Shown here: positions 40,646-52,600 of the stretch, one piece after another
How positions within the stretch are numbered: position 1 is the first letter of the stretch
Layout of the letters: every line of letters starts with the position of its first letter
Origin: Octopus sinensis
Lineage: Eukaryota
Length of the DNA: 64,000 nucleotides
Assembly: GCF_006345805.1 (NCBI RefSeq)
Contig: NC_043020.1
Span: forward strand, 18,786,001 to 18,850,000
Direction: 5' to 3'
Notes under the pieces: model-generated
What the model was told of the DNA's origin: nothing
Database searches by the model: none
Seen by the model: only the letters and a program-made list of their open reading frames with translations
Position numbers and translations under genes: made by a program

Positions 40646-41627
40646 TTAAGGTATGTAGAAAAATACAACAGGACAAGAACGCACAACCCATAGAAGACGA
40701 CACAACAAACACGGACAGGACATTCGAACCCCCCAGTCCCCAGCCAAGAACCGGATCATCGTAGTAATTTCGGCTGACCAATCTTGAGACTACCAGATCA
40801 CGGCCAGCCCTCCAAGAAAAACTAAGCCGGAAGCGTAGACTTCCTGGAAGAAGGATCGAATGCATACGAACACCAGGACAGCAAAAGGGACAGATATAAA
40901 AAAAAACAAAAAACAATAATGGAATACAGAAACATGAAATACAGAAGCATTAACGGTGAAAACAACAAGTGTCTTACGACTGATAACAAGCAAACAATTT
41001 TTTTTCTCTGGCGCATTGGAAAAAGCCTTTATAGCGGCGGACGAAAAACAACGATGTTAACACGACGAGGGTCAGGAGCTGAAAGGCAGATTTCGGCCAA
41101 CAGTCACGTGACAGAGAAGAGGGAAAAGAAAAGAAAGAGAAGCAAAGGAAGAGAGAGAGAGAGAAAAGGGGACAAAACGCAACAAAGAGAGAGAAGAGAG
41201 AGAAAGAGGAATCAGAGAGGAGAAGGGATGGGTGTCGAAGAATGACCTGTGAGTGCAGAGCGAGACAAAGAAATAGGAGGGTAGTGGAAGACTAGACCAA
41301 AGGATCAGAGGAAAGAGAAGATGAATAGAGAGAAAGTAAAAATGAGAGAGAGAGAGAGACAAACAGAGAGTCGTACCAATTATTAAGAATATGTGTTCAC
41401 ATTAATGATAAAGGGGGTACGGGGCGCCTGGAATATATGTTAAGGTATGTAGAAAAATACAACATGGACAAGAACGCACAACCCATAGAAGACGACACAA
41501 CAAACACGGACAGGACATTCGAACCCCCCAGTCCCCAGCCAAGAACCGGATCATCGTAGTAATTTCGGCTGACCAATCTTGAGACTACCAGATCACGGCC
41601 AGCCCTCCAAGAAAAACTAAGCCGGAA
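40646..41627. repeat. Direct repeats of about 187 bp, period about 794 bp
   Basis: 40646-40832 is near-identical to 41440-41627. Confidence 0.95.
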
Positions 41628-41644
41628 TATATATATATACCTTC

Positions 41645-41876
41645 CATTGTTTTAATTCTTAGACTCCTTGAAGAATTTTTTATCGAATGAATGGACCCCA
41701 GGACTTATTTTTCTAAAAGCTTGGTATTATTCTATCGGAAACTTTTGTCGAAGCGCTAAGTTATGGGAACGCAAACTAACTAACGCCGGCTGCCAAGCGG
41801 CAGCGAGGAACAAACTCAGACACAAAGATACACACTCACAAAGATAGATAGATACATAGATACATACATACATACA

Positions 41877-41944
<68 letters not shown>

Positions 41945-42110
41945 CGAAGGGCTTCTTTCAGTTTTCGTCTACCAAATCCACTCACAAGACTTTGGTTGTC
42001 GCGAAGCTATAATAGAAGAGACTTGCCCAAGCAACCATGCATTGGAACTGAGCCCGGAAACATGAGGTTGGGAAGCAAGTTTCTTACCACACAGCCACGC
42101 CTGCGCCTAT
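41645..42110 (-). mobile_element. SINE family A with central (GAAA)n/(GATA)n
   Basis: Reverse complement collinear with family A. Confidence 0.8.
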
Positions 42111-43498
42111 ATAACATATCAATGACTTGTGTATATATGGGGATATGACTACACCCTCTTTTAAATAGAAGGTAAGTGTATGTGAACCTTTGCATGCTGT
42201 ACAGAGACACTTAAATCTTGCTACTTATCAACATACTTTTCTTTCTATCTTGTACTAAATGGTCTCACTAATCCCTTAATTATTTATAACCTGTCTAGTG
42301 CCAAAGTTCTTCACTTAACACTCTTTGCCTTATAATCTGATACCTTCATTCTTCATCCATCTCTCTTTCATCTTTCTATTTATCTGTCAATCTGTTTCTC
42401 ATTACTACATATGTGTCTACTTTTCAGCCTTCGTTGCTCGGTGTACTGCTTAAAAACCTAAAGTTCTCATTTTCCTTGACTAACTTCCTGAGTGTAAAAC
42501 CGGTTGGCATTTAATGTAGAAATATTTAGCATATCTAAATGAGGATGCATGTTATTAATCGAAAAGGATAATAAAAATTGTTCTAACTTTACTGTGCATT
42601 TTCATCTTTTTTTTTTTGGTTTATATATTATACCTTATACGGAAAATTTTACCATTTTCAATCATAAATTAAACACACACACACACACTTCCACACACTT
42701 CGCGCAACGCACATGTATATTATTGAAATTCATCATTTCATTAACATAACAGGGTACAATGCAACAAGGAAACCAATGTCGGGCCGATCTCACGACCACC
42801 ACGACCCTTTCCATTCTCATTGCTGCAATCAAGGCTACTAAATGAATCAACGGGAGAGCCTTTAGGTGGACTTAGCTTGCTAGAAATGACAGCCAAATTG
42901 CCATAAAATCTCGAACCAGTGACTTAACAATGGAAAAGCCATATTGAATAATGTAAACTTAGATACACTGCTAGAAATAAAGACAGAATGGTCATGGCTG
43001 GGATGTCTTTCAGCATGAGTCTGCTCAATTGCCTACACCACCATCAATGCCACCACCATCAAGACAATTGTAAACATCACTACAATCAACACTACCACCA
43101 CCACCACTACCACCACCACCATCGCCACCACTGTTACCTCCACCAACAGTCCCACTAGCACCAATGCCTCCACTGTCACAAGTGTTACCCCTCTCCCCAT
43201 CATCACCACACCAACACACCAGTTCCATCACGATCTCTCCACCTTACAAAGCCTTTCCCCCACCATCTTTATCACGAACCGTGCGCCACTCCGCCACTCC
43301 CCGACTCACACACAACACCCTACTCTTCCTACCTTTTCTTTTCGATCATCATGTCTCATTCCCACCACCACCACCATCACCACCACTATTAACAATACCA
43401 AAACTACCACCAGTATAATCTCTACTAACACCACTACCAAAACTACAACAAACTATTACCGCCATCACCAACACAAACACACACGCACACACAAACAC

Positions 43499-43547
<49 letters not shown>

Positions 43548-43779
43548 AACATAGCAACTACCAATACTAGCATCACCAAAACCATCATCACCACACTGTT
43601 ACTGACACTACCAGCACAATACCACCACTACTACCACCATCACTACCATCATTACCACCATACACCACCACCACCTCCACCACTACTACTGCCTCTCTCT
43701 TTCTGCTGCTCCGAGTCACACTACAATACTTATATCTATCCACCATTATCATAATTAAGGTGGGAAGGCTCATTATTAG

Positions 43780-44200
43780 GAACGTGGTGAGCTGGCAGAA
43801 TCGTTACCGCGCCGGGCAAAATGCTTAGCAGTAATTCGTCTGTCTTTGCATTCTAAGTTCAAATTTCGCCTAGGTCGACTTTGCCTTTTATTCTTTCCTG
43901 GTCGATAAAATAAGTAACAGTTGATGTAATCGATTTACCCCCTCCTCGAAATTGCTGGCATTGTACCAAAATGTGAAACACGTTATTATAATTACTGCGG
44001 CGAGCTAACTGAACCGCTACCACACCGGACAAAATGCTTGGCGGCATTTCGTTCGTCATTACATTCTGAGTTTAAATTTCTCCAAGGTCGACTTTGCTTT
44101 TCATCCTTTCGAGGTGCTGAAACAAGTACCAATTTGAGTACGGGCTCGATGCAAACGAATAACACTCTTCCCGCCAAATTTAAACCTTCTGCCTATAGTA
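43780..44200 (+). mobile_element. Two tandem SINE family B copies
   Basis: gagctggcagaatcgtt...gtcgactttgcctttt and gcgagctaactg...gtcgactttgcttttcatcctttcgagg. Confidence 0.8.
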
Positions 44201-44590
44201 GGCAGCATAAATATTATTATTGTCGTTGTTTAGGAAATGAGCAAGAAGAATCGTCAGAGAGTCAGGAGAAATGTACTGTGATATATCTTCCGAGTGACTA
44301 CGTTCTGAGGTCAAGTTTTACTTTCCTTTTGTCGGGACATTTTGTCAAGTACTGGGGCCGCTGGAGGACAAATCGGGCGCAAGTAGGCCTAGAGAAGGAT
44401 GAGCTCCTACATGTTTTAAAATGCCCAAGGCTTACCGTATGTCGCGATGTCACTGCTACATCTCCATCAAAACTCAATGAAGAATACAGGCATTCGTGTG
44501 TATATGTGTGAGTGTGTGTGAGTGTGTGTGAGTGTGTGTGTGTGTGTGTGTGTCTGTGTGTGTGTGTGTATGTGTGTGTATGTGTGTGTA

Positions 44591-44622
<32 letters not shown>

Positions 44623-45403
44623 TGTGTGTGTCTACCAACAGGTTAAAGAGTGAAGGAGTTGTTATTACATTTACTCTTATGTTACGACCGTTTCAATGGA
44701 TCAGATATATAAAATCATTGCTTATTTACTTCGTTGTATGTTTTCCATCAGGTTAAATGGTGTTGTTGAAACGGTTGCAGCCTGAGAATAAAGGTAACTC
44801 CAACACTTCCAACATTTTGCTTGTTACATTATGTACTGCGATTTAGATTTTCAATTCCTGTGGAATATTTTGTTTCTGAAGCCTTGTTCCCTTCTGTACA
44901 TCCTGTTAGCCTGTATCGACATGAATGCGGACTGTGTTAATCGCATAAATTTCTTCAATTTCAGTGAAGGGTTTACTCGAACAAATTAATCCCAGTACTC
45001 ATAGGGTTTTTAACTAACTCTGATACATACTCCATCACCTCTTTTCCAATACCACTATATTACGGGGACGTAAACACACCAGCATCGGTTGTCAAGCGAT
45101 GTTGGGGGGGAAAGAAGCCTGTCGTGTATATGTATATATATGTGTATATTTGAATGTATGTGTGTGTTTGTGTGTGTGTGTTTGTCCCCCTAGCATTGCT
45201 TGACAACTGAGGCTGGTGTGTTTACGTCCCCGTCACTTAGCGGTTCGGCAAAAGAGACCGATAGAATAAGTACTGGGCTTACAAAGAATAAGTCCCGAGG
45301 TCGATTTGCTCGACTAAAGGCAGTGCTCCAGCATGGCCGCAGTCAAATGACTGAAACAAGTAAAAGAGTAAAAGAGTATATGCATACATATATACATACA
45401 TAC

Positions 45404-45468
<65 letters not shown>

Positions 45469-45475
<7 letters not shown>

Positions 45476-46276
45476 TACCCCCAAACTTTTGTGAGTTGAA
45501 TTAAGCAAAACTATATATGAGAGAGATTTTCTTAAGTATTAGAAATAGCTTTAAAAAAGTTTTTTGGCTGCTATTTCTAATGAGTTCAGTATGCGGCAAA
45601 GTAATTTATTTTACTAAGCCCTTTTATATAATGTAATAATTTGAATTCGCCTTGAATGGTCCCTTTGCATACTGAACACTTGGTGAAATTGATTAATAAT
45701 TAATTAATTTTGCCCTCAATTGTTGAAATTATAATTAATCTCCTCTGATTAATGCTTCGGATTTTACCGAAATAAGCATAGTGTTTGAGGATTTTAACCC
45801 ACGCTGGTGGAAAGGGGAGAACAGAGATTCTTCGCTTGCTTATTTGAATTGTTGGCACTGTTAGTTACGAGCAGATCTTCGAAAGGGTATGTTCTTATTT
45901 TCAGTGTTTCCAAATCCAAACCAGGAATTTCTGAGCTGATGATAGAAGTGTTTTTTTGACTACTCTTCTTGAAAACGTACGTTCTCAAATACCTTAGCAT
46001 TTGATTTTTCGATGTCCTTACCCCCAAACTTTTGTGAGTTGAATTAAGCAAACACTATATATGAGAGAGATTTTCTTTAAGTATTAGAAATAGCTTTAAA
46101 AAAGTTTTTTGCTGCTATTTCTAATGAGTTCAGTATGCGGCAAAGTAATTTATTTTACTAAGCCCTTTTATATAATGTAATAATTTGAATTCGCCTTGAA
46201 TGGTCCCTTTGCATACTGAACACTTGGTGAAATTGATTAATAATTAATTAATTTTGCCCTCAATTGTTGAAATTAT
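45469..46276. repeat. Partial tandem repeat: 543-bp unit plus a second 265-bp copy
   Basis: 45469-45733 is near-identical to 46012-46276. Confidence 0.95.
45932..45987 (+). ncRNA. Type I hammerhead-like motif
   Basis: TGAG-CTGATGA-t-AGAAG..CTTCT-t-GAAA(a)-CGTACG-TT-CTCA; palindromic helix III; one extra A in the GAAA run. Confidence 0.55.
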
Positions 46277-46742
46277 ATATATATATATATATTATTAGTG
46301 AATTGAAGAAATGAATTGAAGAAATGAACCAACTGACGGCCGCGCGATCAAACGCACATACGAACAAATAAAATATTTTCTACTCCCTGACGGATTTCTC
46401 AGCAGTGACCAGAGTGTAGCGCTTCTTACCAACTTGCGGCCGCGCATATATAGAACAGTACACACACACATGTTTCTAAGTAGATTTTGTCCCGCCCCAT
46501 ATAATACACCTAATATTCTTTAAATAGTCAGAACTTTAGTCTCGGTCACAAAGAACATCTAAGCACCCCGTGCTCTCACCCACCGGAATGACCGCTGCCT
46601 GACCCGTTAAAATCTTCAACGCACCCACCACCCGTTTTCAACATACATTGATAAACAGTTTGGCCATGGGCTCTTAGGAGCCTCGTTCGATTTGTTTTGC
46701 TCCGCCTCTGTTCTGTTTTTGTTTTTTCCAACGGATTTCCTA

Positions 46743-46825
46743 TTTCTTCTGAAGAGAAAGACACAATATGGTCTCATTATTCAATCGGAATTTGGTAATT
46801 GTGCCTTCGAAACACGTGTAGAATG
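46743..46825 (+). ncRNA. Diverged hammerhead homologous to the 47471 motif
   Basis: CTGAAGA-GAAAGACACAAT..ATTGTGCCTTC-GAAA-CACGTG-TA; helix I weakened; downstream ttcgttcaactccatt shared with 47575-47590. Confidence 0.55.
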
Positions 46826-47032
46826 CAATAAAACGATTTCTGTTCACCTTCGTTCAACTCCATTTCTTCAATTCACTAATAATATTAAAATTCAATTATC
46901 CGCACCAACGCACGGTTGCAACACCATATGGTTGTACCTCCAACCGTGCTGTCTTCTGCTGTGATTTTTGCTACCAAGGTATCGGTTAAACTTTTGATTA
47001 ATCTGCAACAAGATTATTCATCTTTCTATTTC

Positions 47033-47071
<39 letters not shown>

Positions 47072-47243
47072 GAATGAATTACCTTGTTATGGATAATTCG
47101 GTTAACCGATACCTGGGTAGCAAATTCACATCAGAGAAGACACGTTTGAAGTTACGTGCTTTCGTGTGGAAATTTGTATGTTTTTTTTAAATATAAATAT
47201 ATGAAAGAATGGAGTTGAACGACGAATTAACAAAATTCCTTTA

Positions 47244-47326
47244 TTTTCGACATATGTTTCGAAGGCTGCATATTCCTAATTGCGAAGGAATAAGGAGTAT
47301 ATTATGCCGCTTTCTCATCAGGAAAA
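47244..47326 (-). ncRNA. Type I hammerhead ribozyme (left arm of palindrome)
   Basis: RC TTTTC-CTGATGA-GAA..TTC-GAAA-CATATG-TC-GAAAA. Confidence 0.8.
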
Positions 47327-47470
47327 GCAAGGAACTTATGTCAACATCAAGATGCACAAAAACTTTTAGATGACTGCTCACACGGAGCCCATAGTGAAAA
47401 TCTATGGGCTCCGTGTGAGCAGTCATCTAAAAGTTTTTTGTGCATCTTGATGTTGACATAAGTTCCTTGC

Positions 47471-47553
47471 TTTTCCTGATGAGAAAGCGGCGTAATATAC
47501 TCCTTATTCCTTCGCAATTAGGAATATGCAGCCTTCGAAACATATGTCGAAAA
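47471..47553 (+). ncRNA. Type I hammerhead ribozyme (right arm of palindrome)
   Basis: TTTTC-CTGATGA-GAAAGCGGC..GCAGCCTTC-GAAA-CATATG-TC-GAAAA; GUC triplet, predicted cleavage after 47548; palindromic helix III ACATATGT. Confidence 0.82.
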
Positions 47554-47599
47554 TAAAGGAATTTTGTTAATTCGTCGTTCAACTCCATTCTTTCATATA

Positions 47600-47649
<50 letters not shown>

Positions 47650-47844
47650 TCGGCCCGAGGCTATAGTATAAGACACTTGCCCAAGGTGCCACGCAGTGGG
47701 ACTGAACACGGAACCATGTGATTCGTAAGGAAGCTACTTACCACACACCCACTACTACGCCTACTCATATACATACATGCATACATGCATACATACATAC
47801 ATACATACATACATACATACATACATACATACAAACATACTGAG

Positions 47845-48760
47845 ATAGACTCACAAAGACATGGACAACAATTCTTACCCTTACAACTGAGAACAGAATA
47901 ATTGTTTCTGACAGTACAGACATTTCAAAGGGAATATTCCAGGGAGATAGCCTTTCTGTACTTCTTTCAATTTTGGCACTGAAGCCATCATCGTTCCTAC
48001 TGCAGAAAACAAATAGTTACATGCTAGGGTCTTCAACTGATAGAAATATCAATGTAACTCATAATTTCTTTGTAGACGACCTGAAGATTTATGCTAAAAG
48101 TGTTAATACAAAAAAACAACTGGAATTGATAACATTTTCAGCTGATATAGGCATGGAATTTGGTCAACAGAAATGTTCATATTTGGTTATAGAACGAGAA
48201 ACGTCAGTCCCCCAAACCCAAAACCTGTGCATCAACGGTCTCTCTATCTCTCCCATTCCACACAAAGAATGTTACAAGTACCTAGGCATAGACGAAAATG
48301 TATCATATGAAGGTACTGTGAATAAAGATAGAGTGACCCGAGAATCTTACACCAGACTTAGGAAAATATGGCAATCGGAACGCTCCTCTTGCAACAAAAC
48401 AATATCCCACAATGCAGTACCAGTGCTGATACCAACATCCGGGATATTTGATTGGACCAGCTTCCATATCCAGACTATGAATTCATATACATACCAATAA
48501 TAATTGGAGCCTTAGGTTTTGTTAGTAAATCGTTAAAGGAGAATCTGGATAAACTGGGATTTTCAGAAAGAGAAATCGATCGGCAAATTTGTACATTACA
48601 AATGCAATCTGTGAGTGGAATAGTAAAAATATACAAGACTTTTCTCAATTTCCAAAAGTGAATTTGTCTATGTTAACTATATTCCTAAGATGGAACCTTG
48701 TATCTTTTTGGAAACCCGGTCTCTCCTCAGTGAAGATTTAAATAATTATAAAATAGAAGA
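47845..48760 (+). mobile_element. RLE-type LINE (R4/NeSL-like), 5'-truncated and internally deleted
   Basis: GIFQGDSLS, VTHNFFVDDLKIYAK, YKYLGIDE, then directly IPIIIGALGFV...KTFLNFQK*. Confidence 0.85.
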
Positions 48761-48824
48761 GACATATATATATTATAATATATATATGTATATAATATAT
48801 ATAATATATATATATATAGATATA

Positions 48825-48871
<47 letters not shown>

Positions 48872-49890
48872 CATATACATATATATATTATAATATATGG
48901 TTGAATGGTTGGATGGCTGCACTATGTATGTATGTGTGTGTATGTATGTGTGTAATTCTGCGTGTGTGAAGTAGAATCATGGCCTTACACTTCTCTCCTC
49001 TCTCTCTCCTCTTTCTCCTCTTTCACTCTCCCCCTCTTTCCCAATTGTACATTAAAAGCCAAGGGTTTATCAGTTTATTTGAATCATTGTTACACTCTCT
49101 CTTTCTCTCCCTCCTCTCTCTCTCTCTCTCTGTATATATACACACACACATATATACATATGTATATAAACATACACACATACATTTGCGTGTGTGTGAG
49201 TGAGGCTCTGTGTGTGTGTATCTACGTGTGTGTGTGTCACGCACCATCAATTGAAGCCAGTGTTGGTTTGTTTACATCTCCACAACTTGGCGGTTCGACT
49301 CCAGAGACTGCTAGATTAAGTACCAAGCTTTACAAAACAAGTACTTCGTTCGACTAAAAGACTTGAAGGCGGTGCCCCAGCATGGCCAGAGTCAACGGAC
49401 TGAAACAAGTAAAAGATTAAACGTAAACAATAAGAAAAAAGTATTCTTTCCTTTTCCTTCTCTTCGAAATCTTTCTTTCCGCATTCCCCACCCCCACCCC
49501 ACTCATTTTCTTGCCACCACGATTCCATAAAAGTGCTTCCATTTGGAACTGATCATAGCAAATTTACCAGAAAAATGAAATCCTCTTCTCGAAGATTCTA
49601 ATCTACTTTAACCATTCTATTCAGCGTCTTCCCAAAGTGCTTCATTCACAAGGCACTGCAACCTCCCCCCTTTCACACCGTTTCAACCCCCCTCACACAC
49701 ACACAGACCACTCCTCTGCATGGCGCCACCTTTCTTCTCATCATCTCCCCTTAGTTCTGTGAAATTACATTTCCAAGCGTCCAAACATTCCTAGATATAA
49801 ACCTTCCTTGCACCACCCTAACCCTACATCAGTGTGTGTGTGCGTGTGTGTGTATGTGCGTGTGTGTTTGTATGTGCGTATGTGTGTATG

Positions 49891-49921
<31 letters not shown>

Positions 49922-50165
49922 GCGCGCGCGCGCGTGTGTGTATGCGCGTATGTGTGCTTGTTTGTCACGCGCGTGAAATATATATATATAAGCTTACATA
50001 CAAACATACATACATACATATGTGCATAACAAAATATGCACTGATAAGGTGAACAAAAACTATGTACCAAGTACATAAAGTTATACGTGTGCGTACGAGT
50101 GTATAGATGTATATGCACAGATGCATCTATATGTACATCTGTGTGCATATACATGTAATACATAC

Positions 50166-50225
<60 letters not shown>

Positions 50226-50864
50226 ATATATATATTATATATATATATATACTATACATATACATATACATACACATGTGTGTGCGTGTGTCTGCATATA
50301 TAACTTGTCCGATGACCCTGTACACCGGCTCGTGAAACGTGGTGCGGCAAGCGACTGTCTCGACCAAACTAAAATATATTATTCTCTGGATTGGCATTCA
50401 GGAATCTGTTCTAGCAGTCAATACCAAACGCGCGCGCTTTGGTGTAGGAACAACAAACAGGTGTGTTAGTTTAACGCTCGAGGAGAATGTAAAAGTCTTT
50501 GACGTTTCAAGCCTATGCTCTTTAACAGAAACGATTAAGAGGAAGAAAACGGTGAGAGAATGTAAAAAAATGGAGAGAGAAACACGTGTAGGGATTAACT
50601 GTCCGACTTGATGAAATATAAAACCCGAGGAATGAAGATAACAGACTTTAATGATTAAAGTGTTTTATTTTATGTTTGAATTATTTTATGTAAGAAAGAG
50701 TTCTGCATGTTCTGGAATGTACCCCAGTACAGCATATGTAGTTGCCGAATAATTACATAAGAGCTATTAAATGCACAGTACGAGGTTTCCACCTGAAATT
50801 ATACTAGATATATGTACACATACACTTACACACACACACACACACATATATACATATATATATA

Positions 50865-51253
50865 TCTTTTATATTTTAATTGTTTCAGTCATTTGACTGC
50901 GGCCATGCTGGAGCATCGCCTTTAGTCGAGCAAATCCACCCTTGGACTAATTCTTTGGAAGCCTAGAACTTATTCTATCGGTATCTGTTGCCGAACCGCT
51001 AAGGTACGGGGACGTAAACACACTGCCATCGGTTGTCAAGTGACTTTGGGGGACAAAAACAGACACACAAACATATACACACACATACATATACATATAC
51101 ATATGTACGACGGACTTCTTTCAGTTTCCGTCTACCAAATCCACTCACAAGGCTTGGTCGGCCCGAGGCTATAGTAGAAGACACTTGCCCATGGTGCCAC
51201 GCAGTGGGACTGAACCCGAAACCATGTTGTTGATAGACAAGCTACTTAGCACA
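50865..51253 (-). mobile_element. SINE family A, head truncated at the fold-back element
   Basis: Reverse complement collinear with family A. Confidence 0.85.
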
Positions 51254-51390
51254 GTTTTTATTAAAGCTGCAAATCATCACAAAAAACTGTAACTCAGAGT
51301 TTCAGGTTCCAGTTCGTCGGACAGTTGTGATCAATACGCGAAACTCTAAATCACAGTGGTGTGTGATGCTTTTGCAGCTTTAATAAAACA
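51253..51390. mobile_element. Small fold-back element with a hammerhead-like core
   Basis: Arms tttattaaagctgcaaa.catcaca / tgtgatgcttttgcagctttaataaa; RC core AACTGT-CCGACGA-act-ggaa-cct-GAAA-CTCTGAG-TT-ACAGTT at 51285-51326. Confidence 0.6.
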
Positions 51391-51496
51391 GCATTTTACT
51401 CTATCTTCGGCTATTTGAGTTCAATTTTCTTCGACCTTGTTTTGCATTTATGTACTTATTCCTGTATATATACATACATACATACATAATATATAT

Positions 51497-51545
<49 letters not shown>

Positions 51546-51613
51546 ACATAGGCCCCTGTACACACTTGCATACACCCAGCAGTGCGAGCGCGCGCTCATA
51601 CAATCACAAGATA

Positions 51614-51758
51614 TTATAGACTATGTAGTATTACTCTGAGCTGTACACATAGTTAAGGAGCAAAACTCTCAGCTTGAGTTATGTGATTAAACTGTCTGAG
51701 GAATGCTTAATTACTCAGTAATGCGAAGAAACTCAGAGTAACAATGTATAGTCTATAA
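51614..51758. mobile_element. Small fold-back element with a hammerhead-like core
   Basis: 27-bp imperfect arms 51614-51640 / 51732-51758; ACTGT-CTGAGGA...GAAA-CTCAGAG-TA-ACAAT at 51691-51745. Confidence 0.5.
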
Positions 51759-52257
51759 CGGTCCGCATTATTACCTTGTGTGTGTGTGTGTGTGTGTGTG
51801 GTGCATACACAAACATACACTTCCATACGTACACATTCAGGATTACAATCAGACATACAATTAGATTATTCCTATCCAAGCAGTTCTTATCATCTCACCT
51901 CCAATATCTCCAAATTCTTTACAATGTCCAACACCTCAATTATTGTCTCTTTCTTTCATCTTTCTCATCTTTCATATTTTATTTGGCATTGCTATTTTCT
52001 TCTTTTTTCCCTTTTTGTATTTTTGTTTCCCTTTCTCTTACCCTCTATCTCTCTCTCTCCCTGTCACTCTCTCCCCCCTCTCTTTCGCTCTTCCTCTCTC
52101 TCTCCCTCCCTCCCTCTCTCTCTCTCCTCTCTCTCTCTCCATATGTTTACCAATCTTCCTAAATCTTCTCCCTGCTCCTCTCTCAGACAAACTTCTTTAC
52201 TTCCTTCACACAACCCAAGAAATGATAGTATATCGCGTCCGTCATTTTCTGTCCTCA

Positions 52258-52331
<74 letters not shown>

Positions 52332-52494
52332 TTCTCTCTCCCTCCCCTTCCTCCCTCCCTCTCTCTCTTCGTATCTCCCGATTCAGCATGATGTTCATAC
52401 TCATGTGTGCGTATGTATGAGTATGCGTTGTTTGTGTGAGTATTGGTGTTTTTTGTGTGTTGGGGTGGGGTGCGTATATGTCTGTCTGGCTATC

Positions 52495-52525
<31 letters not shown>

Positions 52526-52568
52526 TTGTGTGTATGTATCTATGTATATATTTCTGTATGCATGTATG

Positions 52569-52600
<32 letters not shown>

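Larger units (their letters stand above)
47197..47600. repeat. Near-perfect palindrome, 198/199-bp arms, 7-nt loop
   Basis: Arms differ by one substitution and one homopolymer indel; loop tgaaaat at 47395-47401. Confidence 0.97.

Noticed and set aside
44640-45060. Possible decayed LINE coding remnants here and near 14120-14320, 19300-19830 and 53000-53300
   Set aside because: Only vague motif resemblance in manual translation; needs a profile search to support.
40646-46276. Direct repeats as LTRs or CRISPR-like arrays
   Set aside because: No TG..CA ends, PBS, PPT or TSD. Repeats are 187-265 bp with only two copies each, not a short repeat-spacer pattern.
47085-47140. Minus-strand CTGATGT...GAAT hammerhead-like spacing
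   Set aside because: Both core boxes deviate and helix I does not form.
50303-50352. CCGATGA...GAAACGTG motif
   Set aside because: U4C change, G at the cleavage position and offset helices are too many deviations to call.
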